Assembly: GCA_033763315.1 (NCBI GenBank)
Contig: JANRKS010000007.1
Coordinates: 160,001 to 224,000, forward strand
Origin: Deltaproteobacteria bacterium
Lineage (GTDB): Bacteria > Myxococcota_A > Polyangia > Fen-1088
DNA length: 64,000 nucleotides
Direction: 5' to 3'
Part shown: positions 37,871 to 49,161 of the stretch, piece by piece
How the letters are laid out: each line of letters starts with the position of its first letter
Numbering within the stretch: the first letter of the stretch is position 1
Position numbers and translations under genes: made by a program
The notes under the pieces: model-generated
The model's database searches: none
What the model saw: only the letters and a program-made list of their open reading frames with translations
Told to the model about the DNA's origin: nothing

Positions 37871-39961
37871 CTAAGAACCGCTTTTCATGCGGTTCACGGC
37901 GTGGTTGGGTCGGCGGCCGCGGTTCGGACCGTGACGCAATTTCACCTTCTGTGGTGGGTGGCCTGCGGCCACACGGTATTGCTGCGGCTTGCGTTCCAAG
38001 CGCGGAAGATCCTGCAGTAAAGCGGCGTAATCTTCCGGTGAGACCTGCCGCTTCTCACGCACCAGCGTGTGCCATACAGCGCCTTCGTCACTGGCCGCTT
38101 CGGAGGCTTCGTCGAGATCGAACGCGGCTTCAAACACCAGGGGCTCGGCGCCCAAGATGCCGCCTTGGCCTTGGCCGGCGAAACGCCTGAACACATCAGG
38201 CCCGAACGCTTCGTAATACAGGATTGTATGCGCGGTCGATAAGGAGCCCGCCCACGGGTAACGACGCAGCAGCCACTTTGCCGAGAACGTCTCCACGGCT
38301 TCGTCGAGGGCCACCACCTCGTCGTCGCTTTTGGGTGGCGTTTGCTCTTCGTAAAACAAGCCGGTGCCGAATCGATCGCCCTTGACTTGCCACACATCAG
38401 TGATGCCAAAATTTGCAGGCGCTTGCGCCACCAGCGCACCGTGGGTGAGATCAAATTCGCCCACGATGAACGCCGCCACTGAAGATCGGTGTGCATCTAG
38501 AAAGCGCACGGTATCCAGCGCCTCTTCGTAGGTTTCGGTGGGAAAGCCGGTGAAGCACATGGCTTCGGCGGCGATGCCCGCCTCCGCGAGGTTCTCGATC
38601 ACATCGCCCACCACCGTCACGGGAGCGCCTTTGTCGATGAGGCTCAGCACGCGCTGGTTGCCCGTTTCCACACCGAGGGCACAGGCCACCGCGCCGCCTT
38701 CACGCAGGATGCGCGCGCGTTCGGGGGTGAGGTATTTCTCCGCCTTGAGATCGGTGGCCCAGCGCAACGGCGTGTGGGCCTCTTTGAGACCTTCGGCCAA
38801 CTTGACCAACGTTTTTGGCGCCACAGAATCCTGCGAAAGATAAAACGTGTTCGTGCCGTATTTCGCTGCCAGCCCGTTGAGATGTTCCACACACGTCTGC
38901 ACGCCGCGCTCACGGTAACTGGCGGTTCCCACTTCAGCCAAACCGTAATGGCAGAACGTGCATTTGCCCCAGTAACAACCGCGCGTGGGATCATAGGGCA
39001 GCACAAGCTGCGGCGTCAGATATAAGTCCAACGGAAAGCCATCGAAATCGGGCGCGGGCAGGCTGCGCATATCAACGCTGGCCTCCCCTGGCCTGTATTT
39101 CGCTCCCAACAACGGATCGCGATACACCACGTTGTTGATTGTCGACCACGTCTTGTTGTTGGCCACGCCGGCGTCAAACGCCTCACACATCCTAAGTAAG
39201 GTGTCCTCGCCCTCGAACACCACGGCCGTGTCGAAGGGCCCCAGCGCCGCCTGCAAATCAGGGCCCTTTTGGCGAATCAACAACTGCGTGATTGCGGGCC
39301 CACCCACCGTTAAGTGAATGTGTGGCAGCGCCGCCTTGATCTTGAGGGCGAAGCTATACGCAGGCTGCACTTGGCCCGGGAAACACACGGAAAGGCCCAC
39401 CATTTGCGGCTGCTCGCGGGCCAAGCGTGGAATCAGAACTTCATTCACATAGGCCGCAAACGGATCGCGTTGCGGGCTTGCGTCGGAGGCGATCTCCTCG
39501 GGCGACGTCAACGAAAACGGCGTGCGGTAGGCGGTAAAGTCGATCATCGTGGGTGAAAAAGCGGCCGAGATCACGCGCAGGCTCGCTTCGATTGTGTCCA
39601 CGGCGCGGCTATAGGCCTGCACGTCCAAGAACGCTTTGCGATCCCGCAACGTGCGCACAGCTTGCTCGATGCCTGAGGGCACCGCGTGCGCGTCGCCGCG
39701 CGCGTCCCACAAGCGCGTATAGAGCAACTGATCTGTATGTGAAAGCTGCGGCTGCGACTCAAGCCGTGCGATCTGCGCTTCGATCTTGTCGCGCGCCCCG
39801 GCCAGCGGCGCCGGCCGCAACCAGTGGTCATACGCCTCGATGTTGGCGTCGATGGGAACCACCGTGACGCCCGCGCGGCGCAAAAAGCCCGTTAGCATCG
39901 GCACAGCCAGGTAGGGGGCCGTGGGGTCACACGTGGGCGGGTAGATAAGGGCAACCTTCAT
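37871..39961 (-). CDS. B12-binding domain radical SAM protein
   Basis: PYLAVPMLTGFLR, VGLS...GG B12-binding segment, TRGCYWGKCTFC, GFPTET. Confidence 0.9.
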   Translation of the reverse strand: MKVALIYPPTCDPTAPYLAVPMLTGFLRRAGVTVVPIDANIEAYDHWLRPAPLAGARDKIEAQIARLESQPQLSHTDQLLYTRLWDARGDAHAVPSGIEQAVRTLRDRKAFLDVQAYSRAVDTIEASLRVISAAFSPTMIDFTAYRTPFSLTSPEEIASDASPQRDPFAAYVNEVLIPRLAREQPQMVGLSVCFPGQVQPAYSFALKIKAALPHIHLTVGGPAITQLLIRQKGPDLQAALGPFDTAVVFEGEDTLLRMCEAFDAGVANNKTWSTINNVVYRDPLLGAKYRPGEASVDMRSLPAPDFDGFPLDLYLTPQLVLPYDPTRGCYWGKCTFCHYGLAEVGTASYRERGVQTCVEHLNGLAAKYGTNTFYLSQDSVAPKTLVKLAEGLKEAHTPLRWATDLKAEKYLTPERARILREGGAVACALGVETGNQRVLSLIDKGAPVTVVGDVIENLAEAGIAAEAMCFTGFPTETYEEALDTVRFLDAHRSSVAAFIVGEFDLTHGALVAQAPANFGITDVWQVKGDRFGTGLFYEEQTPPKSDDEVVALDEAVETFSAKWLLRRYPWAGSLSTAHTILYYEAFGPDVFRRFAGQGQGGILGAEPLVFEAAFDLDEASEAASDEGAVWHTLVREKRQVSPEDYAALLQDLPRLERKPQQYRVAAGHPPQKVKLRHGPNRGRRPNHAVNRMKSGS

Positions 39962-40038
39962 GAAAGCGCCAGACTATAGCCGCAAGAGGCGGTGCGAGCC
40001 CGGACGTTCGCACCGCAAGGCCTGCTAAGCTCGGCCGC

Positions 40039-40569
40039 ATGCCCGGCATTGACCCTTCACGCACGTTTACGCCGCTATCACTCGCCATTTTGACGGTTTC
40101 CGACACCCGCAGCCCCGCCGAAGATAGGTCGGGTGACACCTTGCAAGAGCGCGCCGTGACCGCCGGCCACCACGTGGTGGCGCGTGCGTTGGTCACGGAC
40201 GACAAAGCCGCGATTGAGCAACAGGTGCGTGCGTGGATTGCGGATCCAGCGGTTTCGGTGGTGCTGGCCACGGGCGGCACGGGCATCACGGGGCGGGATG
40301 TAACGCCCGACGTTTTCGCCGCGCTGTATGAAAAAGACATCCCTGGTTTCGGGGAGCTGTTTCGCTGGTTGAGCTACGGCAAGATTGGGCTCTCCACGAT
40401 CCAATCGCGGGCCAGCGCGGGGGTGAGCGGAGGAACGCTGTTGTTCTGCTTGCCCGGGTCACCGGGCGCGTGCAAGGACGCCTGGGACGATATCTTGGTG
40501 TTTCAGTTGGACAGCCGTTACCGGCCTTGCAACTTTGCCGAACTGCTGCCGCGTTTACATGAACGATAA
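40039..40569 (+). CDS. moaB: Molybdenum cofactor biosynthesis protein B
   Basis: LTVSDTR, TGGTGITGRDVTP, STIQSRA, LPGSPGAC, QLDSRYRPCNF. Confidence 0.95.
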   Translation: MPGIDPSRTFTPLSLAILTVSDTRSPAEDRSGDTLQERAVTAGHHVVARALVTDDKAAIEQQVRAWIADPAVSVVLATGGTGITGRDVTPDVFAALYEKDIPGFGELFRWLSYGKIGLSTIQSRASAGVSGGTLLFCLPGSPGACKDAWDDILVFQLDSRYRPCNFAELLPRLHER

Positions 40570-40638
40570 CCACTTTGGTTTGAGCCGTCGGGGCGCCGCT
40601 CCTGTATTCTGGCGCCGGTCAAGGAATCGCTTCGCCTT

Positions 40639-42555
40639 ATGAAACAACTGCTGCAATCGAGTTTCGTGGTCTTGATGCTGGTGGTGTTGACGTGTTTGGC
40701 CGTGGTCAACACGTGTCAGCTCAACAACCTTGAAACGCAGGTGCTGCAAGTTCGCAAGGCGGTGGAAGAAGCCGGCAAGACGGGTGGGCACGCACAAAGC
40801 GCAGCGGGGCGGACAGACGACGCAGTTACGTCCGACGCCGAAGAAGCCGCAGCTCTGGCGGATCCCAACAACATATTGAAACGCGAGAACCGAAAGAAAG
40901 TCACGGCCGCACAGGTGGCGTGGGGCGGAACGTTGCGGCGGCAGGAGGGCCAAGATCCTCCAGGGTTCAACCGTTATGCGTCCAATAACGCCGCCGACTT
41001 GGCCGAATTCGTAAGGTACATGGGCGGTTACCTGGCGGAGCGTCATGTGGACGACCCAGACAAGTACGCGCCCCGGTTGGCGATCAAAATCACCACGCCG
41101 GACAATGGGCTCACCTATGACATCACCTTGCGTAAGGGTGTGATGTGGCCGGTGCCCGCCGTCGATTTTTCGAGCGGCCGTTACGATTGGCTCAAAAGCG
41201 ATCACGAAGTCACCGCGGATGATTTCGCCTTTGCGCTCGATATCATTGCCAATCCGCAGATCTCCGGCGGCGTGTCGGGTCTGCGCAATTACTTCGACGC
41301 GTTCAAGACATACGAAATCATCAACAAGCACCAGCTGCGTCTCAACTTCAAAGAACGGTTGTTCACCAATTTGGGAACCGTTCTTGAAGACCTTTTGCCT
41401 ATGCCTCGGTGGCTTTATATGTACGACGAAGACGGACGCAAGTTCGACAACGCCACGTGGGGCCTCAAGTTCAACGAACATTGGTTTAACCAGAAGTTCA
41501 TTGGCGTGGGCCCTTATAAATTTGTGGAGTGGGTGCCCGGTGTCCGCATTGTGATGGAGCGCAACGATCGCTATTTCGGTGAGCGGCCTGCGTTCGATCG
41601 AGTGATCACCTTGATCGTCAAAGATCAAACCGCGTTGCCACGTCGACTACGCGCCAAGGATTTGGACTACACGCACCTGCAGCCCGAGCAATACAGAACC
41701 GAGGTTTTGGAAGCCAAGGGCCCCATCTTGGGGCAAAAGGGAATCAAGCTGGGGCGAGTGAGGGAGCTCGGATATTTCTATCTGGGATGGAACATGGACT
41801 CGCCGATGTTTAGCGACAAGCGTGTGCGTCAGGCCATGACGATGGCGATGGATCGCGCATCGATTGTGAAGAATGTGTTCTCAGGGTTGGGCTCACTGAC
41901 CACAGGCCCCATCCCGTCTGCCAGCCCGTGTTACGACAAAACCATCAAACCCTGGCCTTACGATCTCAAGGCCGCCGCCGCCAAATTGGACGAAGCCGGA
42001 TGGAAAGACAGCGACGGAGATGGTGTGCGAGACAAGCTTGTGAACGGCAAACGGCAATCGTTTGAATTTCGCTTTGTCACGTATGGCAGCTCGAACGAAT
42101 GGACGACCGTGGCCAGCATCTATCGGGAAGCGCTGCTGCAGATCGGGATCAAGATGAACGCGCAGCCGCTTGAATGGTCCACAATGCTCAAGAAGTTAGA
42201 TGAAAGGGAATTCGACGCGTATTCCGCCGCTTGGGCCGTCGACTGGGACACCGACCTAATGCAGATTTGGCATTCCAAGGAAGCGGACCGGCCCAAAAGC
42301 TCCAACCGCATTGGATTCCGTAACAAAGAGGCCGATCGACTGGCTGAAGCTTTGCGCGCGGCGTTCGACCCGAAAGAGCGCGAAGCCTTGTGCCACCAAT
42401 TCCACCGGTTGGTGCATGAGGAGCAGCCCTACACTTTTATCTACGAGCGCGAGCGGCCGGTGCTCTATTGGGACTACATGAATGATCTCGAGTTTGCACG
42501 TGTACGCCCCCATAAAGATGTGCGCTTGTTTTCATTCAAGGAAGCCCGTCCCTAG
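40639..42555 (+). CDS. Peptide/nickel ABC transporter substrate-binding protein (family 5)
   Basis: LRKGVMW, TADDFAF, GVGPYKFVEW, DKRVRQAM, HEEQPYTF. Confidence 0.93.
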   Translation: MKQLLQSSFVVLMLVVLTCLAVVNTCQLNNLETQVLQVRKAVEEAGKTGGHAQSAAGRTDDAVTSDAEEAAALADPNNILKRENRKKVTAAQVAWGGTLRRQEGQDPPGFNRYASNNAADLAEFVRYMGGYLAERHVDDPDKYAPRLAIKITTPDNGLTYDITLRKGVMWPVPAVDFSSGRYDWLKSDHEVTADDFAFALDIIANPQISGGVSGLRNYFDAFKTYEIINKHQLRLNFKERLFTNLGTVLEDLLPMPRWLYMYDEDGRKFDNATWGLKFNEHWFNQKFIGVGPYKFVEWVPGVRIVMERNDRYFGERPAFDRVITLIVKDQTALPRRLRAKDLDYTHLQPEQYRTEVLEAKGPILGQKGIKLGRVRELGYFYLGWNMDSPMFSDKRVRQAMTMAMDRASIVKNVFSGLGSLTTGPIPSASPCYDKTIKPWPYDLKAAAAKLDEAGWKDSDGDGVRDKLVNGKRQSFEFRFVTYGSSNEWTTVASIYREALLQIGIKMNAQPLEWSTMLKKLDEREFDAYSAAWAVDWDTDLMQIWHSKEADRPKSSNRIGFRNKEADRLAEALRAAFDPKEREALCHQFHRLVHEEQPYTFIYERERPVLYWDYMNDLEFARVRPHKDVRLFSFKEARP

Positions 42556-42558
42556 CGC

Positions 42559-43980
42559 ATGCTCGCCTACGCGCTCAAACGCCTGCTGATGATCCCGCCC
42601 ACCTTCTTCATGGTGTCGCTGGTGATCTTCGTGGTGTTAAACCTGGCCCCGGGGCGGCCCGGCGAACAAGCCCAGTTAAGTGGCGAAAAAGCGGGCACGC
42701 AGCAACGCGAGAGCTACCGGATCTTCAAAGAGCAATTCAACCTTGATAAGCCCGTTTTGTTCAACACGCGCTTTGCGCTCACCGAAAGCGAAGTGAAGAC
42801 GCTGCTTGAAAATGCGTATGCACTGCGCCCCGCGACGAAAACGGCACAACGTCTGCACGCGCAGAACGAGCTTGAAGACACGGGAACTTACCTTGTGCGC
42901 CATTTGGTGTCGCTGCTTGGCCAGACGCCTGACGTGGCATTGGCGCGAGCCATCACCACGCAGCTCGTACAAGCCGCGCGTCGCCCATTGCGCCTCGACG
43001 CCCATGATCCAAACGCCACCGTCACCAACCGCACAATCGCCGCACAGAACGCCGAGTTCATGAATTGGACGCTGCCGGACAGCGCCACCGATGCCGAAGT
43101 ACACACCACGGCCGTGCGGTGGCAAAACTGGTGGCAGCGCAACCACGAAGACTTCGAATACGAAGGCAAGAAGCTGCGCCTGCTGTTCAGCGACACGCGG
43201 TTCTACAAATATTGGTCGAATGTGCTGCACTTTGATTTTGGCCAATCAACGCTCGATCGCCGCCCCGTGATGCCCACGATCGTATCGAAGCTGCGCTACA
43301 GCCTCAGCCTCACACTGCTCTCGGTTTTGCTGGCGTATCTCATCGCCATTCCGCTCGGCGTGTGGAGCGCCGTGCGACAAAATACCCGCGCTGATACCGC
43401 CATGACCGTGACCCTATTCGTGCTCTACAGTTTGCCCACATTCTTCGTGGGCACCGTGTTTCTACGTTTTTTTACTGAAGGCGATCCGGTGGCCTGGTTT
43501 CCCGCCGGCGATTTTGAATCCTACGACGCCGACCGCATGACCACCTTGCAACGCCTGCGCGACGTTGCTTGGCATTTGGTGCTGCCCATCGCCGCCTACA
43601 CGTTGGGCAGCTTAGCAGCCTTGTCTCGTTACGCGCGCACGGGCTTGGTGGATGTGATCCGCGCCGACTACATACGTACAGCGCGGGCCAAGGGCGTGCA
43701 CGAATTCGTGGTGATCGTAAAGCACGCAGCACGCAATGGCATGATCCCCATTTTGACGTTGCTTGGCAGCCTGCTGCCGGTCTTGGTTTCAGGCAGCGTC
43801 ATCATCGAGGTTATTTTCAACATCCCGGGGATGGGGCTTTACCTTTACGACGCGATTAACCTACGCGACTACAACGCCGTGATGGGCGTGCTTATGATGG
43901 CCAGCGTCTTAACGTTGTTTGGCATCTTGCTCTCAGATCTTTCATATGCGCTTGCGGATCCGCGCATCACTTTCGATTGA
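42559..43980 (+). CDS. Peptide ABC transporter permease (DppB/OppB-like) with large extracytoplasmic insert
   Basis: DYIRTARAKG, KHAARN, RDY, ADPRI. Confidence 0.93.
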   Translation: MLAYALKRLLMIPPTFFMVSLVIFVVLNLAPGRPGEQAQLSGEKAGTQQRESYRIFKEQFNLDKPVLFNTRFALTESEVKTLLENAYALRPATKTAQRLHAQNELEDTGTYLVRHLVSLLGQTPDVALARAITTQLVQAARRPLRLDAHDPNATVTNRTIAAQNAEFMNWTLPDSATDAEVHTTAVRWQNWWQRNHEDFEYEGKKLRLLFSDTRFYKYWSNVLHFDFGQSTLDRRPVMPTIVSKLRYSLSLTLLSVLLAYLIAIPLGVWSAVRQNTRADTAMTVTLFVLYSLPTFFVGTVFLRFFTEGDPVAWFPAGDFESYDADRMTTLQRLRDVAWHLVLPIAAYTLGSLAALSRYARTGLVDVIRADYIRTARAKGVHEFVVIVKHAARNGMIPILTLLGSLLPVLVSGSVIIEVIFNIPGMGLYLYDAINLRDYNAVMGVLMMASVLTLFGILLSDLSYALADPRITFD

Positions 43981-43983
43981 CGC

Positions 43984-45222
43984 ATGACCATCCAAGCCCA
44001 ACCAGCACCCGCCCCGCTTGATGATGCACCATCGTATTGGTCGATCGTGTGGGGGCAGTTCCGCAAGCGGCGACTTGCATACGGTTCGCTTTGGTGCGGC
44101 GTCACGCTTTTTGCTTTGGCGGTCGTGGCGCCCGCCGTCGCGGGCAATAAACCGTTTTTGTGGCGCGTTGACGCAGGCCCTTGGCAAAGCCCGTGGTTCA
44201 CCAGCCTGTTCGATCGCAATTTCTTCGAGAGCACTCTCGACATCTTTTTCAACTGCCTGCTGGTGCCGGGGGTGCTTGCGCTGCCGGCGTGTTGGTGGTG
44301 GTGGCGCCGCACGCACGCGCGCGCTCGTCGGCCCCGCGTCCGCGCGCGCCGCCGCTTTATGCTGATGGCCGGCGCCCTATGGCTGCTGGCTTTCATCGCC
44401 ATCAACGCGTTCGCCACGTCGTCACCCAAGGTGCTGCACCCGGCGCTCGCAGAGCAATTGCGGAGCGAAGGTCACAAGGTGCTCGCCGTTTACCCACCCC
44501 TTCCCTATTCTTTTCGCGACGTGGATTTGGACCAAGTCCGCGCGCCAGCCTCAGGCCAACACTGGTTGGGCACCGACGACGCCGGCCGCGATGTGATGGT
44601 GCGCTTGCTATTTGGCACGCGCATCTCATTGACGGTGGGCATCTTTGCCGTGCTGCTTTACATCGTGATTGGCACGGTCATCGGTGCGCTGTCAGGCTAC
44701 TTGGGCGGCTGGGTGGATGCGGTCTTTATGCGGCTGGTTGAAGTGGTCATCTCGATCCCAAGCTTGTTTCTAATCCTCACCGTGGCGGCGTTCATCGAGC
44801 AACGATCGATTTTTCACATCATGTTTATCATCGCCGCCGTCAGCTGGACCACTCCTGCGCGTTTGGTGCGCGCGGAGTTCCTACGTTTGCGCAACCTCGA
44901 TTTCGTATCCGCGGCGCGCGCGGTTGGGTATTCGGAGGCGCAGATCATGTTTCGCGAGATGCTGCCCAACGCGTTGGGTCCCGTCTTGGTGACCGCCACG
45001 TTCGGTGTGGCGTCCAGCATCCTGGTTGAATCCACCATGAGCTTTTTGGGCTTGGGCGATATCACGGTGCCTAGTTGGGGCCAAGTTCTCAACACGGGCC
45101 GAACCACCGGCATTTGGACCATGATTTTGGCGCCAGGCTTTGCCATCTTCGTCACCGTAAGCTTGTTGAACTTGATTGGCGACGGCCTGCGCGACGCCTT
45201 GGATCCCAAAATGCGCGCCTGA
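43984..45222 (+). CDS. Peptide ABC transporter permease (DppC/OppC-like)
   Basis: [32 protein letters not shown]. Confidence 0.93.
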   Translation: MTIQAQPAPAPLDDAPSYWSIVWGQFRKRRLAYGSLWCGVTLFALAVVAPAVAGNKPFLWRVDAGPWQSPWFTSLFDRNFFESTLDIFFNCLLVPGVLALPACWWWWRRTHARARRPRVRARRRFMLMAGALWLLAFIAINAFATSSPKVLHPALAEQLRSEGHKVLAVYPPLPYSFRDVDLDQVRAPASGQHWLGTDDAGRDVMVRLLFGTRISLTVGIFAVLLYIVIGTVIGALSGYLGGWVDAVFMRLVEVVISIPSLFLILTVAAFIEQRSIFHIMFIIAAVSWTTPARLVRAEFLRLRNLDFVSAARAVGYSEAQIMFREMLPNALGPVLVTATFGVASSILVESTMSFLGLGDITVPSWGQVLNTGRTTGIWTMILAPGFAIFVTVSLLNLIGDGLRDALDPKMRA

Positions 45223-45236
45223 GGCACGAAAAGAAT

Positions 45237-46217
45237 ATGCCGCTCCTCGAAGTCAAAAACCTCAAGACGCACTTCTTCACCGACGCAGGCGTGCTGCCAT
45301 CGGTCGACGGGATTTCGTTTGCCGTCGATGCGGGGGAGACTTTAGGCATTGTGGGCGAAAGCGGTTGCGGCAAATCCGTGACGGCCATGAGCATATTGCG
45401 CCTCATTCCTGAACCGCCAGGGCGGATCGTGGGTGGCGAAGTTCTGTTTCGCGGGCGCGACCTCACGAAGCTGCGTTTGCCAGAATTGCGCAAGATTCGT
45501 GGCAACGACATCGCGATGATCTTCCAAGAGCCGATGACGTCGCTCAACCCTGTCTACACAGTGGGCAACCAGATCGTTGAAGCGATCGTGTTGCACCAGC
45601 GAAAATCAGCCGACGAAGCCCGCGCGCTGGCGATCACCATGCTCGAACAGGTGGGCATTCCCGAACCTGCCACGCGGATCGATGAGTATCCGCACCAAAT
45701 GAGCGGCGGCATGAAGCAGCGGGTGATGATTGCGATGGCGCTGTCGTGCAACCCTTCGCTGCTCATCGCAGACGAACCCACCACTGCGTTAGACGTCACG
45801 ATTCAGGCGCAAATTCTCGAGTTGCTCGCCCGCATTCAAAAAGAGCGCGGCATGGCGGTCATGTTGATCACGCACGACTTGGGAGTGGTGGCGCAAGTCT
45901 GCCAACGCGTGGTTGTGATGTACGCGGGACAAGTGGCAGAAACGGCGCCCACGGCATCGCTGTTCGCAAAGCCCGCGCACCCTTATACGTTGGGCCTGAT
46001 GGGCTCATTGCCCAACCGCGTACCTCGCGGGCAGCGCCTGCCCACCATCAGCGGCAGCGTGCCGAGCCCGCAGAACTATCCTTCAGGGTGCCGCTTTCGC
46101 AACCGTTGCAACTTTGCGACCGATGTGTGTGCCACGCCTGCCCCCGAAATCACGCTAGGCCCTGCGCACACAGCGTTCTGCCATCACCCTCAAAGCGCGG
46201 ATGCCGCCGGTGTCTGA
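45237..46217 (+). CDS. Peptide ABC transporter ATPase (DppD/OppD-like)
   Basis: [28 protein letters not shown]. Start placed at MPLLEV. Confidence 0.95.
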   Translation: MPLLEVKNLKTHFFTDAGVLPSVDGISFAVDAGETLGIVGESGCGKSVTAMSILRLIPEPPGRIVGGEVLFRGRDLTKLRLPELRKIRGNDIAMIFQEPMTSLNPVYTVGNQIVEAIVLHQRKSADEARALAITMLEQVGIPEPATRIDEYPHQMSGGMKQRVMIAMALSCNPSLLIADEPTTALDVTIQAQILELLARIQKERGMAVMLITHDLGVVAQVCQRVVVMYAGQVAETAPTASLFAKPAHPYTLGLMGSLPNRVPRGQRLPTISGSVPSPQNYPSGCRFRNRCNFATDVCATPAPEITLGPAHTAFCHHPQSADAAGV

Positions 46218-47247
46218 CGTCAAGCCTCTTCTCGAGGTCAAACACCTGACCAAACATTTCGATGTGCACAAGGGCGCGTTTCGCCGCCACGTGGGCACAG
46301 TGAAGGCTGTAGACGACGTTTCATTTACGTTAGAGCGTGGCCAAACGATTTCGCTCGTGGGGGAAAGCGGCTGCGGCAAAACCACCACCGGGCGCGCGCT
46401 GTTGCGCCTGATCGAGCCCAACAGCGGCGAAGTTTGGTTCCGCGGTCTGAACGTGCCCTCACTTCGCAAAGCCGAACTGCGCAAGTTGCGGCGCCACATG
46501 CAAGTGGTGTTTCAAGATCCCTATTCAAGCTTGAACCCACGCCAGACCATCGGCGAAATCATTGGCACGCCGATGGTGATGCACGGCCTTTGCACACGCA
46601 ACGAAATGGATGAGCGCGTACAAGATGTGTTGGTTCGCGTGGGTTTGCAGGCGGCCTATATCTCGCGGTACCCGCATGAGTTCTCGGGCGGCCAACGCCA
46701 GCGCATCGGCATCGCCCGCGCCGTGGCGCTGCAGCCTGATTTCATCGTGTGCGACGAAGCCGTATCGGCGCTTGATGTGAGTTTGCAAGCGCAGATTGTG
46801 AATCTTCTGCTGGATCTGAAACAGGATCTTGGCCTTTCGTACATTTTCATCGCGCACGATCTGTCGGTTGTGCGTCACATCTCTGATCACGTCGTGGTGA
46901 TGTACTTAGGGCAAGTGGTGGAAAGCGCGCCATGCGACGAACTGTTCTCCCGCCCTTTGCATCCGTATACGCAAGCCTTGCTTTCGGCCGTGCCATCCAC
47001 AGACACAAAGGCCAGCAAGCAACGGTTCGTTTTAAGCGGCGATGTGCCGAGCCCCCTTCACCCGCCTTCGGGCTGCCGCTTTCGCACCCGATGCCCCCTC
47101 GCCGAAGCGAAGTGTGCTGAGCCGCCGCGGCCGTTGGTGGCGTTCGGTCGCCACGAAGTGCGGTGTGTGCACTATGAACACGGCGCCTCACCCGCAGCGC
47201 CCGTAAGCATCGAGAAACCTTGTAACGACGCAGATAGCAAGGCTTGA
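46201..47247 (+). CDS. Peptide ABC transporter ATPase (DppF/OppF-like)
   Basis: [31 protein letters not shown]. Confidence 0.95.
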   Translation: MPPVSDVKPLLEVKHLTKHFDVHKGAFRRHVGTVKAVDDVSFTLERGQTISLVGESGCGKTTTGRALLRLIEPNSGEVWFRGLNVPSLRKAELRKLRRHMQVVFQDPYSSLNPRQTIGEIIGTPMVMHGLCTRNEMDERVQDVLVRVGLQAAYISRYPHEFSGGQRQRIGIARAVALQPDFIVCDEAVSALDVSLQAQIVNLLLDLKQDLGLSYIFIAHDLSVVRHISDHVVVMYLGQVVESAPCDELFSRPLHPYTQALLSAVPSTDTKASKQRFVLSGDVPSPLHPPSGCRFRTRCPLAEAKCAEPPRPLVAFGRHEVRCVHYEHGASPAAPVSIEKPCNDADSKA

Positions 47248-47320
47248 CGGCCCGTTCCAGCCTGTCGCGGCATCTGGAGATGTCTTAAGTTTCCGCTGCA
47301 AACCCGCCGATGTCAGCGGC

Positions 47321-49156
47321 ATGGCTACCGGCCCCGCTGGAAGCTCGTCCGTACGAGGAAAACGCTTTGGTCGCTACCGATTGCTAGAAGTCATCGGTCG
47401 CGGTGGCATGGCCGAGGTGTATCGTGCGGTGGCGCAAGGGCCGGGCGGTTTTCAACGCCAGTTCGTGCTCAAACGCATCCGCGCGGAGAAGGCTGAGTCA
47501 GCTGACTTCGTTGATATGTTCATCAACGAGGCGCGCATCTCGGCGATGTTGGAACATCCGAACATCGTGCAGGTCTACGATTTCGGCGAAGTCGACGGCG
47601 ATTACTTTTTGGCGATGGAGTATTTGCGTGGACGCGATCTGCTGACAGTGATGCGGCACTTGCGTTCAACAGGCCGCGATCTACCCATCGGGATCGCGGC
47701 GTTTGCGGTCAATGAAGTGGCACGCGGCTTGGCCTACGCGCATGGGCTTTCCCAGGCGGGCAAGGGGCTCGACATCGTTCACCGCGACGTAACGCCTTCG
47801 AACATCATGCTGCTGAAAACGGGCGGCGTGAAGCTGCTCGATTTTGGCATCGCCCGCGCGGCGATGAAACTGCGCTCCACAACACCAGCAAGTGGTTTGA
47901 TCAAGGGCAAATTCGCCTACCTTTCGCCTGAGCAAGTGCGCGGCAAACCCATTGATGGTCGATCGGATATCTTCTCGTTGGGCGTGGTGTTTTGGGAGTG
48001 CTTGGTGGGCCAACGGTTGTTCTACGACAACAACGATCTTCAGACGATGCGCAACATCGTTGAAAAGGACGTGCCTCCACCGTCTTTGGCGCGTCCTGGC
48101 CTGCCGCCAACCCTCGACGACATCGTGCTACGCGCGCTCGATCGAGATCCAGCCAGGCGGATTCCCTCGGCCCAAGCGTTGGTAGAGTCGTTAAGCGGTT
48201 ATCTCAGTGGCACGCGCTTTCAAAGCGATAGTGTCGCGCGGCTTTTGGAAGAGGTATTCGGCACAGACAGCTGGAATGAAGAGCCGCTGCCTGAGATGTC
48301 GATCACGCCCATTCCTCCGCCGCCGCCCACGCCGCGTTCGTTGATCGCGCAAGCACGAGCGGGGCGCACGACAGCTGAGCGTGCCGAAGAAGACGCAGGC
48401 TACAGCGTGGTGAGCTCCGTGCGGCCCCTGCCAGACCTCCGCCCCAAAACAAAGCTGCATGCCGCCGCAGCCGCCGTGGCTGGCACATTGATTCTAGGTG
48501 GTGCTGGTTTCGCGTTGCGATCCAAGCCTGCCCCGCACGCATCAACGCCCGTCGCTGCCGTGGCGCCCGCGGCGCCCAGCCCTGCCGTGCCCGTCCCCGC
48601 GCCAGCGGCCGCCGTGCCTGCCCCTGCGCCAGCGCCCGAGGCGCCCACGCCTGTCACGTCTCCTCCGTTGCCCCAGAAGCCAGCGCCGCTCGCTGTGGCA
48701 CACGCAACGAAGCCGGTAAACGCCGCGAAGCTCCCCGTGGCCGCCAAGGCAAAGTTGGCGCTGGCGCCGCCTGCACCCGCGCGACGTGCAGAAGATGTGG
48801 CCGCCGCTCGTGAAGCGCGCCTGCGCGGTTTGCAAGCGCTCGACAATGGGCAGATGCAACGAGCACGCACCGCCCTTGAAGCCGCCTTGGTCGACTTGCC
48901 GAATGACGCCGAGGTATTAAGCGGACTTGGCGAAGCGGCGTTCGAACTGGGTGACTACAAAGGCGCACGTAACTACGCGCGCCGGGCGATCGGCCTCGGC
49001 CCGCGCGCGATCAAAAACCACCTGCTGCTGGGCGACGTTTGTTTCAAAATGGGGCTGCTGCCAGAAGCGCTGGAAGCCTACAAAAGCGCGGCAGCGCTCT
49101 CACCAAACGACGCCAGCATCCGCACACGCCTTGCGCGCGTGGAAGCGAAGCTTTAG
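47321..49156 (+). CDS. Hanks-type Ser/Thr protein kinase with TM, Pro/Ala linker and C-terminal TPRs
   Basis: GRGGMAEVY, HRDVTPSN, DFGIA, YLSPEQ; TPR helices at the C-terminus. Confidence 0.95.
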   Translation: MATGPAGSSSVRGKRFGRYRLLEVIGRGGMAEVYRAVAQGPGGFQRQFVLKRIRAEKAESADFVDMFINEARISAMLEHPNIVQVYDFGEVDGDYFLAMEYLRGRDLLTVMRHLRSTGRDLPIGIAAFAVNEVARGLAYAHGLSQAGKGLDIVHRDVTPSNIMLLKTGGVKLLDFGIARAAMKLRSTTPASGLIKGKFAYLSPEQVRGKPIDGRSDIFSLGVVFWECLVGQRLFYDNNDLQTMRNIVEKDVPPPSLARPGLPPTLDDIVLRALDRDPARRIPSAQALVESLSGYLSGTRFQSDSVARLLEEVFGTDSWNEEPLPEMSITPIPPPPPTPRSLIAQARAGRTTAERAEEDAGYSVVSSVRPLPDLRPKTKLHAAAAAVAGTLILGGAGFALRSKPAPHASTPVAAVAPAAPSPAVPVPAPAAAVPAPAPAPEAPTPVTSPPLPQKPAPLAVAHATKPVNAAKLPVAAKAKLALAPPAPARRAEDVAAAREARLRGLQALDNGQMQRARTALEAALVDLPNDAEVLSGLGEAAFELGDYKGARNYARRAIGLGPRAIKNHLLLGDVCFKMGLLPEALEAYKSAAALSPNDASIRTRLARVEAKL

Positions 49157-49161
49157 CGCGG

